A DNA stretch of 64,000 nucleotides from Phoronis australis (Eukaryota > Animalia > Phoronida): NCBI GenBank assembly GCA_002633005.1, contig NMRA01000656.1, positions 1-64,000 on the forward strand, read 5' to 3'. How positions within the stretch are numbered: position 1 is the first letter of the stretch; every line of letters begins with the position of its first letter. The position numbers were made by a program, and so were the translations under genes. A model generated the notes under the pieces. The model was given only the letters and a program-made list of their open reading frames with translations. It had not been told where the DNA came from and did not search any database. Shown here in pieces: positions 13,878-28,188 of the stretch.

Positions 13878-15305
13878 CTGTATTCGCCATAATAACTGCC
13901 CAGGGTGCTTAGAAAAGTTCAGTTCAGTGGGGGGGGGGGCGCTTATTACAACCCAAGGCGGTTGAAATCCGGTCTCCAAAACGGGTGAAATCGGAAGCTA
14001 AGATTCTTCAAATTTACGCTCTGTGACGTATATGTAATCTATGAAATACTTTCAACAAAACTGTGGTGCATTACTATCAAACTTTGCTGCTAAATTAGGA
14101 TCATTTTACAGAAAATTGTGCTGAAATCCCAGGGCGAAAACTCACCGACTGACTGCCTCGAAATCGCCATCTTCGATATGGCGACTTCAGTGCTTGAATA
14201 AAAATGGTTTCGGCTCAAGCAAATTACCTGAAATCCTCATTAAGTTTTATAAGTAGCGTCTCTAAGATTTTTTAAGTTCCTGTGGTGTCTGGATTAACGA
14301 CAGGTTTAAGTACAAATCTGTGCAACATCGTGCCATCTACATGTATGATCGGCAACACGGCGAGAAAAATGTCTGGACGAACACACATGTTGTTGTCACG
14401 TGACGTTTGTTTTGAAGTTTGTCTGCGAGTAAGCGAGCGCGTGCGTGTCACCAGAGTTCATTTGCCAAAGCAGAGACCGTATTTTGGCCAGAGCCACGCA
14501 ATCTAACTAGCTATCTAACGAAATTTGCACAAGCAGTAGGCCTAAACCAGAACGTGTTTCATTCAGCACTTGCCGGTCTCGTGCTAAAAAGTTTCGACAT
14601 TTGTCTCGGTAAGGCCCATATTAGTCGCCGTGTAGCTGGATGCGTACGTAACTATCTGACAGTTATTTTGTGGTGTAAGGGTGTGTATGCATTCACTGTT
14701 AGTTGTCATTTTATTGGATATTCGGCTTAAAAACACCAATTATGGTTAATCAAACAATCCATCTCAAAAATAATGCAAACATGTTTTATAGTATTAGAAA
14801 TTGTCGGAAATTATTGCCAATATTCATTTCTTATTGATGCTATGCTACCCGTTTCATGAATGGATAGTTCCCAACTAATGTCTTTGATGATAGGTTCATG
14901 GATGTAGTGCGCACTTCCTGGCCACGTGTACATTTTTAAACGTTAAAACACCGAGTTATTTTTATTCACAATACAGTCGATGTGTCTACTGAAACGTCAG
15001 ACCATAGTGGGACACGGTCGTCGCAAGAGCGTAGCAACGATGTTGCGTTCTTTTTGAAGGGCTGCGGTACTTTGAAGTGTAAAGTCACGGCTAAATACAA
15101 ACGTAGCAGTGCCACTGGTGGTCTAGAAGACCCGTGCAAAAATTTTTTGATAAATTGAAGACGTTACTGTAGCCGAGTTTTAGGACTGTAGGTACGTCAT
15201 TGTTCGCATGTACACGTTCATGGAGTGGGCGCTTATTTCACCAAAGTCTGAAAACGCTTGGGGGGGTGCTTATAGGGGCTTGGGCAGTTATTACGGCGAA
15301 TACGG
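13878..15305. mobile_element. Non-autonomous Tc1/mariner-pogo-like DNA transposon
   Basis: ~25-bp TIR C(C/T)GTATTCGCC(A/G)TAATAACTGCCCA, flanked by TA on both sides. Confidence 0.82.
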
Positions 15306-17012
15306 TAATAAGAATTGTGTTTGTAAGTATTGTACAGTGGACGTGCTATGGCAACAGCATGCCAATAGATAAGTTGTCATAGCCTGTCACACTGAGATCA
15401 TGACTGGCGTAGTGATGAGCAGACTATTAAAATGTGGCTGAGTTGCACAGACAAAACAGTCAATTGTAGCGCTGTGTCTGAGGGAACTGTGACAATTCCG
15501 AAAAAAGCACTTGATTCCAATGTCACGATTACAAAGTTGTTGAGTACAACGGAATGATACATATGCTTAGCTTTCTAATATAACATAGGAAGTTCATAAA
15601 TAAGTCTTAACATAAAAAATCCCGTTTCTCACTATAACAATCTCGTTTCTTTGCCGTTTTTTTGGCCACGACTACTAAACCTGGTCTGCTACCGGGCGGT
15701 AATAAGCATCACAATGGGCCGCATCGCCAGTGACACCTGTCTGACATCCGGGATACTAAAAATGTAGCTGCCTCAAATCCGAAATGATGAGCGGAGCATT
15801 TTCTTGATTGGCATTTATTAGAGAGTTGATGCTCTCCTTTCATTTTTAGATGGATTCGAAGTATTTTGTGCCTGCTAGTGGCCATTTTTACAGTTTTCAA
15901 GTCTTTTTTTTTGGCGTCCGTCTCTCTGTCAATCAAACTGGCAAATTGGCATTATGCTGTGAAGAGGACGGTTGACGATGACTTTCCAGCTACTTCGACC
16001 ACTGTGGCACCTCCTAGTGGCAGTTTTCTTTGTGCTCATGGCTGTATATCCTAAACCCTCGGCAGGATCTCTATTAATTTTAGCAAGTGTATTTGTATGA
16101 AGTTGACAAGGGGCGACATCAACTTTCAGTCGGATCCGACTACCGAAACCGACACGTTTACAAATAAATGGTCAATATTGAAAAATGTAGTAGCAGTGTG
16201 AATTGCTTTCTCTCTCTCTCCCTTCTTTAGAATAGTTAAAGTTCAAATTGTTCTTGATACTTACTTGTTTTATTTACTCAGTAAAACTCATGTCGGATGT
16301 ACATATTACTTAAATCAAGTCCTGTATAAACTGATTGTAAAGTAAGGTAAGCGAATCCCAAACTTTTATCCTAGCTCCTATGAGCTTGGGAAAATAAAAA
16401 AGATTTTAAAAAGTTTAGATCTGACACCACGTCAAGCTTCTTCCGAACCAATTCCATCTATTTTTGTATTTTGTTAAAGAAAGATGATCTGGTTGCGATT
16501 CAGTGAATTAGAAAGCCCTTGCCAATAATTTTTGTCCATTTGACGATGTGCTTTAAATGACTTGGAGAAGGCATAGTCCAAATGGACAAATTTTTTCATG
16601 CAACCACGCCCTTCAGTTTGAGTGCTGGTATTTATAGTGTGGTCGGGAGAAAGGGAGAAAGTTAAGCACACTACACTAATTACGCTAATCTAAGCTACAA
16701 CACTACAGACTACAAGTCCTGTGTTGGTAACACCTCACCACTTGGCCAGCTTTTAAGTGTTTAGACTGCTAGTACTGTTGATGGATGAGTCCCTGTATTG
16801 GTTCCACACTCTTGTAACATGATCAATGTTTAATCAGCAATCGTAACTTTAGCAGCCACGTCCTCAGTAGAATTCGTTCTGTGGTTAACAATTTTTTTGC
16901 AATGTTGCTGCTAAAATTAAACCAAGAACTGTAAGCAATGGAGGTGCGCAGTTAAAGTTTTTAAAACGTAAGTCCTGATTGTGTCTATTTTCAGTCTTCT
17001 TTCTACCACAAC

Positions 17013-17342
17013 ATGGCCAGTAAACTTTCATCACTGGCCGGTTATGACAGTCCATCTGACAACGAGGATGACAATGAGCAGCAGTCAAAAAGTCCCACGG
17101 CTATTGACAACATTTCTGGCTCAGATGATGATAACAGTAGAGATTCCCTTGTCCCGCCCATAAAGGAAGAGCCGGTCCCCGAGATGAAGCGAAAGTCAGA
17201 CGAAGTATCCCCGTCGTCACCAGGACCTGCGAAGAAAGTGTCTCGCCTGGTCTCATATTATGGTGACGAGTTGGAGGAGGAGGAAGACGACAATGAAGAA
17301 AAGGGTGACAACGATGAGGATCTCCCCTCAGCTTTACTCAAG
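17013..17342 (+). CDS. SAP30BP: SAP30-binding protein (HCNGP), coding exon 1
   Basis: MASKLSSLAGYDSPSDNEDD... acidic N-terminus with the LSSLA.Y and LVSY motifs. TTTCAG acceptor at 16994 upstream of the ATG; AAG|GTATGA donor, phase 0. Confidence 0.88.
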
Positions 17343-19330
17343 GTATGATAACGGTGGTGAAATCGATTGGGGTTCCTTCTGAGAAAAAGTTGGTACAGGT
17401 GTGTTCCTGGTAATGGTAGATGTCAAATTATGAAACAACACACATTCTAAAAGTCTTAAGATATAGTTTTTACACTCATTTCAATACTTGACAAAAATGT
17501 GATCCATTTCAATTCCTGAATCAATGAAAATTGTACTAATTTCCTTGGCGAAAACCCTATCCATTTTGGCAATATGTGATCTCATCTATACCATGGGAGA
17601 ATACCCATATGGTGAAATGGGTTATGATTTTGGCGTTCTTTTTCAGATGTTACTGCATTGTGCACTTAAGCAAGAAGCAATTTATGAACCTCATGGCTAC
17701 TTAAAACTATTAGTTTCCAGCCATCATAACATTAAATTCCAAGTCATTTTTCATTAATTTTGGGGTGTATTGTGTATATTTCATCAAAGTCTGATGTAAT
17801 TTTGATGAATCTTGTTATGTGGAAAAGCATTAAACTGACACTTTTAGCAACAGAATTCCTGTTGCCAATAGCTGCCGTGGGCTCTAATGGAAAGGAAGGT
17901 GTGCACATGTAATGTTAATGTGATCACGATGATGCTGCTGATATTCTTTAAAACGTTGTTTTATGACAATTGAATAACTCTCAATGTCTATTTTTGCTGA
18001 AAAATTTGATGTTTTCTACTTTGCTAAAAGAGTGAAGATTTCTAACCAAAACATTCCTTTTCAGTTTACTGTTAGTTTTTATCATGTCCTGTTTATTTCT
18101 TGTTCTTTTGAAAATACAACTGTAATGAGATTGTGTACTATTGAGCTTTGTCCGTCATTGCAAATTAAGTTGTTGATTATGATAAAATATTAATTTTGTG
18201 ATATCTAAATCTTCAGCCATATTCTTCCTAATCCAAACTCATTTCCATTTAGTGTTGTATTCAGGGCTGTGTCCTTAGACACAAGACACTCACAAAAACG
18301 GAAGTTCATCTAGGTCTTCATGAGATATCACAATGCATTACAAGCAAAACACGATACACTTCTAGCTTTTCCTGCAAATTTCTGGCGTCTGCAGCCCAGT
18401 TTTGACAATAGTAAGCAGTGTTCAGGGTTCCTGCTATGAAGAATACAAGACCTATGTTCTTTTCTCACTTGCTAGCTCTTCATACTAATGGTTGCACGTC
18501 TCCTCGCTCAAACATGTTTTAATTTTTATCTTAAATGTATTTTAAACTTTGAAATTAATTCAGGTTTCATGTACAAATGTCAATTTTTTGTATTCAGTTT
18601 TTAAGTTGGAGTATCTTGGCATCATATTTTCCTTTAGATAAGTTTTGTTAAATACGATATTCCATTTGTTTTTAAAATGCTGTAATTGGCAGCAGGCTGG
18701 TCTCACGTCAGACATGAGTAGAAGATTTCCCAGGCTCATGGCAGTAAGAAAAGCGCATGACAAACAGCGCCTTCAAACATTGGAATCACATGTAATCAAT
18801 TCCCTTGTGATAAATCAACAGGCTGCTGCATTTGCACTCGTTTTGGAGTTGTTCACTTGAGTGGTTACTGGTCAGATGTAGTCGTCATTGTGTGCTTGAT
18901 CGCGTCCTTTATCTATATGTTTTTGTCGTGAACTTTGCTGAAGATGGCTCATGAGAGACAAAATATGGGACAATTATACTTCTGTATATTTTCTCGTTAT
19001 GTGGTTTTCACTCTTCATTATTTTTCAAAGTTTCCTTATTTATTTAGCCTCTCATGTAAAAATGGAACATTTTAAACACAATACCTAACAGTATTTTAGA
19101 GAACAGCGCATAAACCATAGTGTCTGAGTTTCGTATGAATCCTAAAACCCGTTGCTGAGATATCCAGGGTTAAAGTTAGCCATATTTGGACATTTTTGGG
19201 GCCCTATGAACCTTAACACCCCATATTCACATTATTTATTGTTGAAATTTTGAATTTATACTCCCTACTTCCTTGACATTAACCCAGATTAATGTGTTAT
19301 GTTTTTTTCATACATCTGTTTCATTTCAAG

Positions 19331-19912
19331 GTTGGTGACTATGGCGATTCGTTTGCCTCAGACCTGGCTAACTCCATGTCGGTTGGTGCCCTCTCGGAGA
19401 ATCCTGACGGGCTACAATTACCGCCAGAGCCTCCTGGGAAGTGTTCGAAGCACCTGCAGGATAAGATAACATCATTCTACAACAAGAGGAGAGATCGTGG
19501 CCGAGATTTGAACAGCTCCATACAAATGAGGAAGGATTTCCGTAATCCTAGTATCTATGAAAAACTTATAGAGTTTTGTAATATCGATGAGAAAGGCACC
19601 AATTACCCGCCGGACGTTTACGACCCTCATTGTTGGGACAAGTCATCCTTTTATGATGAGTTAGCAAAGGCTCAGAAAACGGAAATGGACAAACGAGAAA
19701 AGGAACGGAAGGAGAGAACCAAAGTGGAGTTTGTGACTGGAACTGCTAAGAAAGCAGACGCAGGTGATGCGGATAAACGGAAAACTAAGTGGGATTCTGC
19801 TCCAAAAACTGGTGTTGCTAAGCAACCACCTCTGCCAGCACCTACTGTGGTCACGGCGTCAGTGGCAAAAAATCAAATCTCAGCATTGGGCAGTATTAGT
19901 AAAAAGAAATGA
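19331..19912 (+). CDS. SAP30BP: SAP30-binding protein (HCNGP), coding exon 2 with stop
   Basis: Contains HCNGP-domain motifs LPPEPPGKCS..LQDKI, KDFRNPSIYEKLIEFC.IDE.GTNYP.D.YDPH.W, KVEFVTGT and KRKTKWDS. In frame with exon 1; total 303 aa. Confidence 0.96.
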   Translation, partial: VGDYGDSFASDLANSMSVGALSENPDGLQLPPEPPGKCSKHLQDKITSFYNKRRDRGRDLNSSIQMRKDFRNPSIYEKLIEFCNIDEKGTNYPPDVYDPHCWDKSSFYDELAKAQKTEMDKREKERKERTKVEFVTGTAKKADAGDADKRKTKWDSAPKTGVAKQPPLPAPTVVTASVAKNQISALGSISKKK

Positions 19913-22900
19913 AAGTTCTTAGTTTTCATAATGTGATGTTGACTTATTGTGACTTATGGTCATATTTTTGTAAATTACCAAACTTGTAAACTTGGTAAAA
20001 CCCAATGCACTCAGTTGTGTTGGAGTTATTTTTTCCTTTTTGAGATGAGAAAGTATTCATGGGACATCTCTGTGAATCAGTTTGATATGTGTCTAAATTA
20101 GAAAGACTTCATGCCTTGAACATGCCCTTGGCTAGAACACTGTTGTCCCACAATTTGTAAAAAACTCTTAAAATTTACTTCAGGTCAATACATTCTAGTC
20201 CTAATCTGTTTAGGCAATACGTACAAGCGCCATTTTCATATTTGCTATTTTAAGCTTGGTCAACCCCAATGAAACAATGCGTTGAACTGCCATTTTCAAA
20301 TTTTACAATTTTAGGGTTGGCTTTCCCAATAAATTCAGAAGTTTTCTTGAGCTGCTGATAGTTTCGAAAATAAAATGGTAGCGTGGTAAAGAATATTTAC
20401 TGTTTTTAGCCAGCTAAACAGGGTAACGTGAAGCTTAACTGTTGTTTGAAAACAATTGAAAAACAATGTTTAAAAATCAAGGTATGAGTTTGAAAAAATC
20501 GCATTTAATACATTCTTTGCACAAGATATACATAGGAGTGGAAAGCTACGGCTGCTTCTTGTTGAACAAAACTATAGTAAAAATTCTCCAGTTTAGGACA
20601 TTGAAAAATAAATTGTTTGCCCGAAGTCTGAGCCTGTACTAAATTTTAGAGAGGACCAATTTTGATCGTCACAAATTCAGGAGTTGCCATCAATGAAAAA
20701 TGATAACTCATCTTCATGTTGCACACTATTAGGGTGTGTGAAAAGATTTTTGTTGCGTTGACTGCTTTTTTGATGATTTTATGCATTGCAGTCCATTTTG
20801 AGACTATGGGTACAAAGCAAAGTATCCGAAATTTAAGAAATATTATGAAGGCCAAAATGACCATGTCACAATCTATAGAATCAAGAAAATTTTAATTTCT
20901 GTATCAATTTCTGTTTCCCTAATTTTAGGGACTATCGCAAACATTTTGCAAAGGCCTAGTACACTGTAGATGAGCAACGCAATGCTTTGGAAGTCACTGA
21001 AGACTGCACAATGTTTGTTTATTGTACTACATGAAATAAAAAGGCCACCAGGGGGTGCAGCATGACTCAAATCCATCTGAAACAAGACAAGTGCTGTCCT
21101 CTCTATGATAGAATATTATTTTAATTGCCAAATATAATGAACATTCGTCCAAATATTAAGCAAAGAAAACCTGAATTGGCACTTTTAAGCACTTAAAAAC
21201 ATGCTACACAAATATCTAATTTCATCAAGAAGGAGTTTTGTAGATATTCGGATGTTTAGTGAATCTGCCACTATTATGACAAGATGTGGACCCACAAATA
21301 GGAATTGAATGCATAATTACATCACTGGATTTTTGCAGTTCACCTAACCACGGGGACAATTTAGCACTTGAAATTTTACACAAGATTGTATTTTTCGTTT
21401 AATCGTGCTTCAAAAGTGGTTGCACCCACTGCATGCTCCTGGGGAGTTTAGAGGATTAAAATTGACCAGGTTCATGGCTAGGTAATAATTTTCTAAGTGC
21501 TTATAAATTTACATTGCTTCGTACATCTGGCCAAATTATTATTAATTGTGGTACTTTAATTTTATTTGACAGGGTCACCTCATAATGGTTAAGCACTACT
21601 CCAGATATAGAGCCAGACGCCAAAAATAGTACAGCTGCCACCACTGGTTTCCGAATACATTGTACAAAGAATTCATGTCAAAATGCGAAGTGCCGTCTCC
21701 TTAATAGAAACGTCATTGCTAAATTTCATGAAAATCCATTTGAAGCAACTTGGTAGATATAGAGGCATATGCAAAGAAAAGCCAATTTGCTTCTTGGGAG
21801 CGGAATTAGAATTTCTAACAGATAAAAAATCAATGTCAGCTGTGCTTATCAGGAACGCATTTGTGACATTTCATAATCTTTGGAGCGGTTTGGCAGACAG
21901 ATAGGTGGATGCCCGCAAGAATGCAAAAAATAATGGCCAGTGGGAGACGTAGATTACGTGGCGTCCATCTGAAACTGGGAAGGTGTTTTAGTCTCCATAA
22001 AAGAAACATTGCAAGAGTTTCATAAAAACCGGTCAACTTAGTATATAAATATCTAGTGTAACATAAAAAAATCCAAAATTTCCTGTAGATGGCACAGCGG
22101 TAGTCAAATCCATCCAAAATTCTCTTGTGCCATCCTATCCATGACAGCAACATGTCCGTAATTAACAAACATCCAAAGGGTTTGGAGATAGCTCTTAAAT
22201 AAATCTTGATGAAGTACAAGGTTCTGTGAAATGGGACGAGTTTGTAGTAGAATTCATTGTAAATAATACCGGAAAATTATGTACAACCCTACACATTTAT
22301 TGATCAAACAACACCAACACCTGAGAATATTTTATTTTTCACAAGAATAATTACAACTATCAATTTTCCATTTGTTCAAAACACTAACACCTCCCACACA
22401 GATTCTACAGCAACAGCCCAAAGATACTCGACAAATTCCACATTCACAAGACAAAGAATTTTATTCTAAATTACAGTTACTGTAGTAAAGCTTTCTTGTT
22501 AACGTCACAACTCATTAACACTGTGTTATTACACAGCACAAATAACGAATTGCCTCTTGACTACTTCACAACCATCATCCACATAATATCACAAGGCATG
22601 TAACTACATGTGTTTCAATATAAATGAAACTAACTTGAAATGACAATATGTGAAGACTACACTGAAATGCTGAAGAACTGAAATGCTGAAGAACGGAAGT
22701 ATGACAAAAATGCTATAGGGAAAAATTGCATTGGAGTAATATTATTATTTATTTTATTATCATTATTACCATTGCTGCTTGGATTTAATGCCCATGGCAG
22801 TCAAATGCCTGGCTCTTCAGTTCTTAAAATTTTCACTAAAATGACCATGTACGGTTAATCTTCTGCTGTCGACAAATCTAGTGAAGACTTTTTGTTCCTT

Positions 22901-24098
22901 AGTTGTTGAACCATGAAAATTCTCAGCTGCCCAGCAAGCAATACACTTTACTGTGACGTAACCAACATTAAGCTAAATTGAGCTGATAGTTTTTAACTAC
23001 TGCATACAAAAAGACAGAGAGACCTGCAACTCCAAAAATGTCTGTTTTTAATGCCCATGATTTCTTATTGTGGCTCAATTCAAATGCCCTAGATACTGAC
23101 GCAGACAAGTACTGTACTACTACCTGGGCACTGACCCAGACAAATACGGTATCACTACTTGATACTTTAGCACAATAAACTATGCACTTCACAGGAAATT
23201 GTATAATTGTCTTAATTTAAATTTCTAAATTTATATTTTACTAAGGCACCGTGCAGCAAAAATAAAAATAAAAGTTAAAATAATTAAACAAGCCAAGAGA
23301 AATTACAATGTTAAAATTGTTAGACAAAAAATAAGACAATTATTAAACTAAGAAATTTAACATAACTTACATTGTTGAATTAATCTTTGACCAATGTAAC
23401 TAAAAGCAGCGATAACAAAAACCATGATTGCACCATTGTCTCAGTTTTAAAATTCCACACAATAAGTATAGGAAATAAAAATTCAAATAATTAAACAAGC
23501 CAAAATAACACCATGATTACAACATGAAATTAACAGAACAAAACATGCCTAGCAGTTACAACGCACTGCTTGACTATCAGCACCCCTTTGGTTTGTGTTT
23601 TGGGATGGTACCCATGGTAGACGTCAAGTTGGCATAATAAATATTGGATTAAACGGAATTCATCAATTGCTTCAAAGACAAAATTTGTTGAACACACAAC
23701 AATGTTCACAATATTTGCTCAACTTCTGTATTTCTGACAAACATTCACAGAGCAACAATAAAGTAGGCGGCTATGAGACATAAAAAATGCCTGCATCATT
23801 GTTGCGCCGTGAACGACTATCAAAAATACAGTGAGTGAGGATGAGTGAATATCGATGAAAGTTATTGATTCTAACCATTGCTGTGCATTTAACAAATTTC
23901 GCCAACAGGGGGGCTGCTAACAATTTTTTCTAATGGCTTCGAAGAGAACATTTGTCATCACTCCCTTAACTCAATGCAACTAGAATCCAACTGATGAAAG
24001 AAAAGTGTGCTGTAATAAGAACACCTGTTTAAACTGTGAGAAGGAATCATTACTTAACCTGCACCTGTCAAGTCTTCGAAATTATTGCATAAAATGCA

Positions 24099-24343
24099 TC
24101 AAGTTGATGAACTGGTGAACTCATAATGCTCAATGAAGTTTTCCTTCATATTGCAACCACAATGCACCTCACTTCCTTTTATGTAAGCGTACGACAACTT
24201 CCCTGTGTTTTCGCTCACTCCGACGTCTCCATTCCTCCCAATGGCAATCGCACCTCCTCCGTACATATTCACACGGTTGCCAAGGTTCAAACGCGTTGCC
24301 ATGGCATTGAGAGCCTTGTCACAGGCGGACTGAGCAGTTTCGC
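24099..24343 (-). CDS. ASRGL1: ASRGL1-like exon B6 with stop
   Basis: ETAQSACDKALNAMATRLNLGNRVNMYGGGAIAIGRNGDVGVSENTGKLSYAYIKGSEVHCG...*; GG.I.I...G.V motif; phase 1 acceptor. Confidence 0.9.
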
Positions 24344-25427
24344 CTACAGCAAAGCAGAGGCAATTAGAATAAGAAAAAAATGAATGCATGAACACTAGGA
24401 CTGCCTTACATAAATACAAGACACTCGCTAGCGTCATGTAATACATGGCAATATCTCATCGGTTTTGCACAAGCTTGCTTGTGTTTTGCATTCATGGAAT
24501 GTAGCCCCCAACACTACTGTAGACTCAACAGGCAAACATTTTGCAGGGCTTGGAATGACTAAAGACAATAACAGAGGAAAAATTTCCAGGTGGTGTATTG
24601 TTCCACAAATTAAATAGGCTTGTGTGATAGAAAAGTTTTTGTGTTGTAATATTTAACTGAAATAAAATATGTTTTTGTGTAAATTAAAGTCACAACAATG
24701 ATAAAAAGAGACAAAAAAGAGAAAGCTGGAAATCAAATAAGAGAAAAGTGAAACCAAAAAAAGGAATCCTCTTAAAAGAGAAAAATTCCAAGCCCTGGTT
24801 TTGCAATGAGTAGAACTTTCAAAACCTTTTAAATAAGATTACTTTACCCTGTTTTGACATATTAAAAGATATCAACTCAGATTAATCAAGTCACTTACTG
24901 ACACAAGTGGTATCACCTTGCTACTTACTCACTATAAAAGTGATATCTGGAAGTTTTGATGGTTCATTATTACTCGAGACCATGCACGACATAAAATGAT
25001 CAGCTGGGTCAAGACAACCCATTGCATCTGCCTTGTCATGTACAGGGATACACTGATAGCTCTTCCCAAGCCCATGTAATGACTTCTAATATAGGGTGAC
25101 CCAAAAAACACAAAAAAGTCATACAAAATTTTCTGTAAAATTCTCAGTTCGAATTCTCTAAGAACAAAAAATCCCATGCCAACTGACTAATATGGTTAAA
25201 ACCTTATTGACCAAAGATCACATTGAAGTTTAAGTTACGCAAATGTGCAAAAAATTATATAATAGAGGTATGAAGAATTCACCAAAATTTGTATAGGTTT
25301 GTTTTTTGGGTTCTCCTGTATTAGTAAAGAATAACTGGAGACCAATTTTATATCTCAGGTAAATGGCCTACATAAGACATTAGTTTTAAACAGATTTGTG
25401 CGTTGACAAAAGCATATTATAAATTAC

Positions 25428-25538
25428 CTTCCTCCATGAGCTCCGTCACATGTCTGCTGATGCAGACTTTGCTTAAACTTTCTCCATGCCCGGTAACTGT
25501 CACACCACCAATGTCATTGTCACAGTAACTACCACCAC
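25428..25538 (-). CDS. ASRGL1: ASRGL1-like exon B5
   Basis: GGGSYCDNDIGGVTVTGHGESLSKVCISRHVTELMEE; 111 nt, same length as A5. Confidence 0.93.
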
Positions 25539-26854
25539 CTGGAGGGAAAATGCAGATGTATGTATACAAAATGTCAACGCATTGCTACTTTCTCTTGTTC
25601 AGAGCACAGAACTCTAGCCCTGGAATGCCAACTCTTATCTCACGGCCTCTGAGGTTGCGCCGCATATGCGTGAGAGTTGACTTTTTCCAAACATAATTGA
25701 GAAAATGACGTATGACTTAGCTATGTTGAATGGTACACACTCAGGTGTATTTCTAGTTTTGGCTACTCACTTTTTTTGAACATTTCACTCGCAAGTTCGA
25801 GTTACGGGAGTGACGGTCATTGCCAGGGGCAGTGATTGCCGGGAACATTGTGTTGTTGGCCTCTTCTGCACTGAGTGGCCTAAGAATGACCGCATTGTTG
25901 AAATTTACACTTACCAGGTCTAAAATATACCACAACCTCGCAATACTATGCAACAAATTTATCCTTCAAAACTGAAAGTTTTCTCGTGGTTTAAAAAATC
26001 AAATCCCTGCCTTGTTGTTCACATCTGAAGCCGAAATAATTAAGGGCTCCACATACAACAGTTTGTGGCTACGACATATCATTCAGTTTTGAGCAAGAAA
26101 ATAATTGGAATCATAAAACAATTTTTGGGCAGACTTATTTTTTTCCATACAAGGTACAGTCAGTGTCAAAGAAGCAATCTCGAATTACCCGATAATGGAA
26201 TTCCGCAGTAAGTAGAACTATTTCAAAGGCTTTTTATTTCATGCTGATCTAGTCATTAAATATGATTTCAACATTTGACACAAGATTTTTTTTCTTGCGA
26301 AATTTGCACTGCATCATTTTGACGCTTTAATACATAATTTGGCCTGGGCATTCGATGCCTCGTGGAGATTTTTGACAGGAAGTTTTTTCGTTGTTTGAGT
26401 TGCAAAAATTTGAACAGCGCCAACAAGTAGACGGAATATTAGCAGAAAGATTTAGCTAGTTTGCGTCTTCAAAGACTTTTATGACATTAGTACATCGCAG
26501 ATGAGTATCAGAATTTTAGGGGGTATTTTTCAACATATAATTTCTCCCTTTTCAAATTGCATTCTTAGCTTACTTTTTCATATTTTACTGGTACCAAGGA
26601 CTGGCAGAGACAAAACATTTCAGTAAACTGAAACATTGGTGTTGATGTCTTTTTAAGTATTCTATGTAAATCTTGCTCATAGAATTAACCAAACAGAAGA
26701 ACAAACACACAGTGCTAGCATGATCTGAACACTGCATGAGACCGAGTGGAAGCTATTAGCATTCAACTGAACACTGTGCGAACTGCCTGTATAATTCTAC
26801 GCCACCTCTGCAATCCCAAAATAAAAAGACCACTAATGTCTGCACAACACTAAC

Positions 26855-26982
26855 CTATGACAGGAGAATCGCCAAATCGTCCAGGCATTTTACCATTCAG
26901 GCCTCCTGTGCTGCAAGCAGTAGCCAAGTTGCCATGGCGATCAAGTGCAACGGCTCCCACTGTGTCGTGCTCTATGGGAAGA
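26855..26982 (-). CDS. ASRGL1: ASRGL1-like exon B4 (catalytic Thr of domain B)
   Basis: [42 protein letters not shown]; nucleophile Thr codon at 26961-26963. Confidence 0.95.
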
Positions 26983-27337
26983 CTGGAATTCAAGGAAAAG
27001 AATCACTACACCTGCTCACAATGCAACTCTGGAGATGATCCAAAATCATGGAGACAGTACACAAAGTGTTTTATTATCGTGATTCAATTTGATCAGTAAG
27101 GAGGTTTTAATGTTCACTGGAAATAAATTTACCTGATACCTTTAACGTAATTAATAGTCAGTTACAAGGGTTCTGCCTTTCGAGAACCAGTTTTCACTCA
27201 CTGAATAACAGGTGGCAAACTGTTCTCAATCTGGAACCCTTGCAAGTGACTAGGAAACCTGCTATACACAGAAAATGTTTACTCACAGTTAATCAACAGT
27301 TAATTCAGACAAGTTCTTGCATAACTTGTGGCTAACT

Positions 27338-27400
27338 TCCTTCCCCTACCCCTCCCTTCCCCTACCCCTCCCTTCCCCTACCCCTCCCTTCCCCCTCCTC
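27338..27400. repeat. 16-bp polypyrimidine tandem repeat (G-run-rich on the - strand)
   Basis: CCTTCCCCTACCCCTC x~3.5. Confidence 0.85.
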
Positions 27401-28188
27401 CTCTCCAGCTCCATCGATGGAAGCCTTTACTAGACGAAAAACAGCTAATTACACGGCATCAAATCTAATCTCTGAATTTGAGCTCTTCAAATATTTTCAG
27501 TTCAACTTTTGTATGAACTCTAAATAAATGGCAGTGATTTTGACCTGGAGTACATAATGATTTCCACAGAAAAATACCTAACCCAAGTTCACAATTGACA
27601 TCCAGTTATAGATTCAAGCTTCAAACTCAAAACTTTGAGTAACCAAAGGATGGAAACAATTCTGAGGTCGCATCTCTAAAGTCCAGCTACAATCATCAAA
27701 AGCAAATCTTGGACAAGCAGACACCAGACCCAAATTAAAAAAAAAACAAAAAAACATGCCAACTGAATCTAATTCCACGCACGTGCTCCATACCCACTTT
27801 ACCATTTAGAACTTCAGCCAGAGACCAAACGCCAGCGTCAGGACCATTGAAATTCCTTACACAGATAAGTGTAGGTCTGGTGATACATCCTGTGACTGGA
27901 GTCTGACCCGTGTATGGAGCTTTTTCACCGCATGTGGAGTTTAAGGGTGTAAGTCTAGGGATTTGTACCGCGGTTTTGGTGTCTCAGGCTGGTGAAGGAC
28001 AGGGTTTAGTAGCGGAAATTCAGAGACGCATCCCTGGAATTGTTTCCAGTCTTTGGATATTAAGCTCAAATTTGAAGCTTAAATGTTGAAAACTTGCTTT
28101 TTGAAAGGTTTCGTGTCCAAAACTAAGAAAAATACCACATTAAGATTTTTTTACTCTAATACTGACACTACCATGGTAATAAACTCAC

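Noticed and set aside
16968-16994. GTAAGT...TTTCAG mini-intron upstream of the SAP30BP ATG
   Set aside because: 27 nt is too short for a normal metazoan spliceosomal intron, and there is no supporting upstream ORF.
27803-28033. 231-nt AG..GT-bounded GC-richer segment as an extra exon between B3 and B4
   Set aside because: All three - strand frames contain stops, and B3 joins B4 in frame without it.
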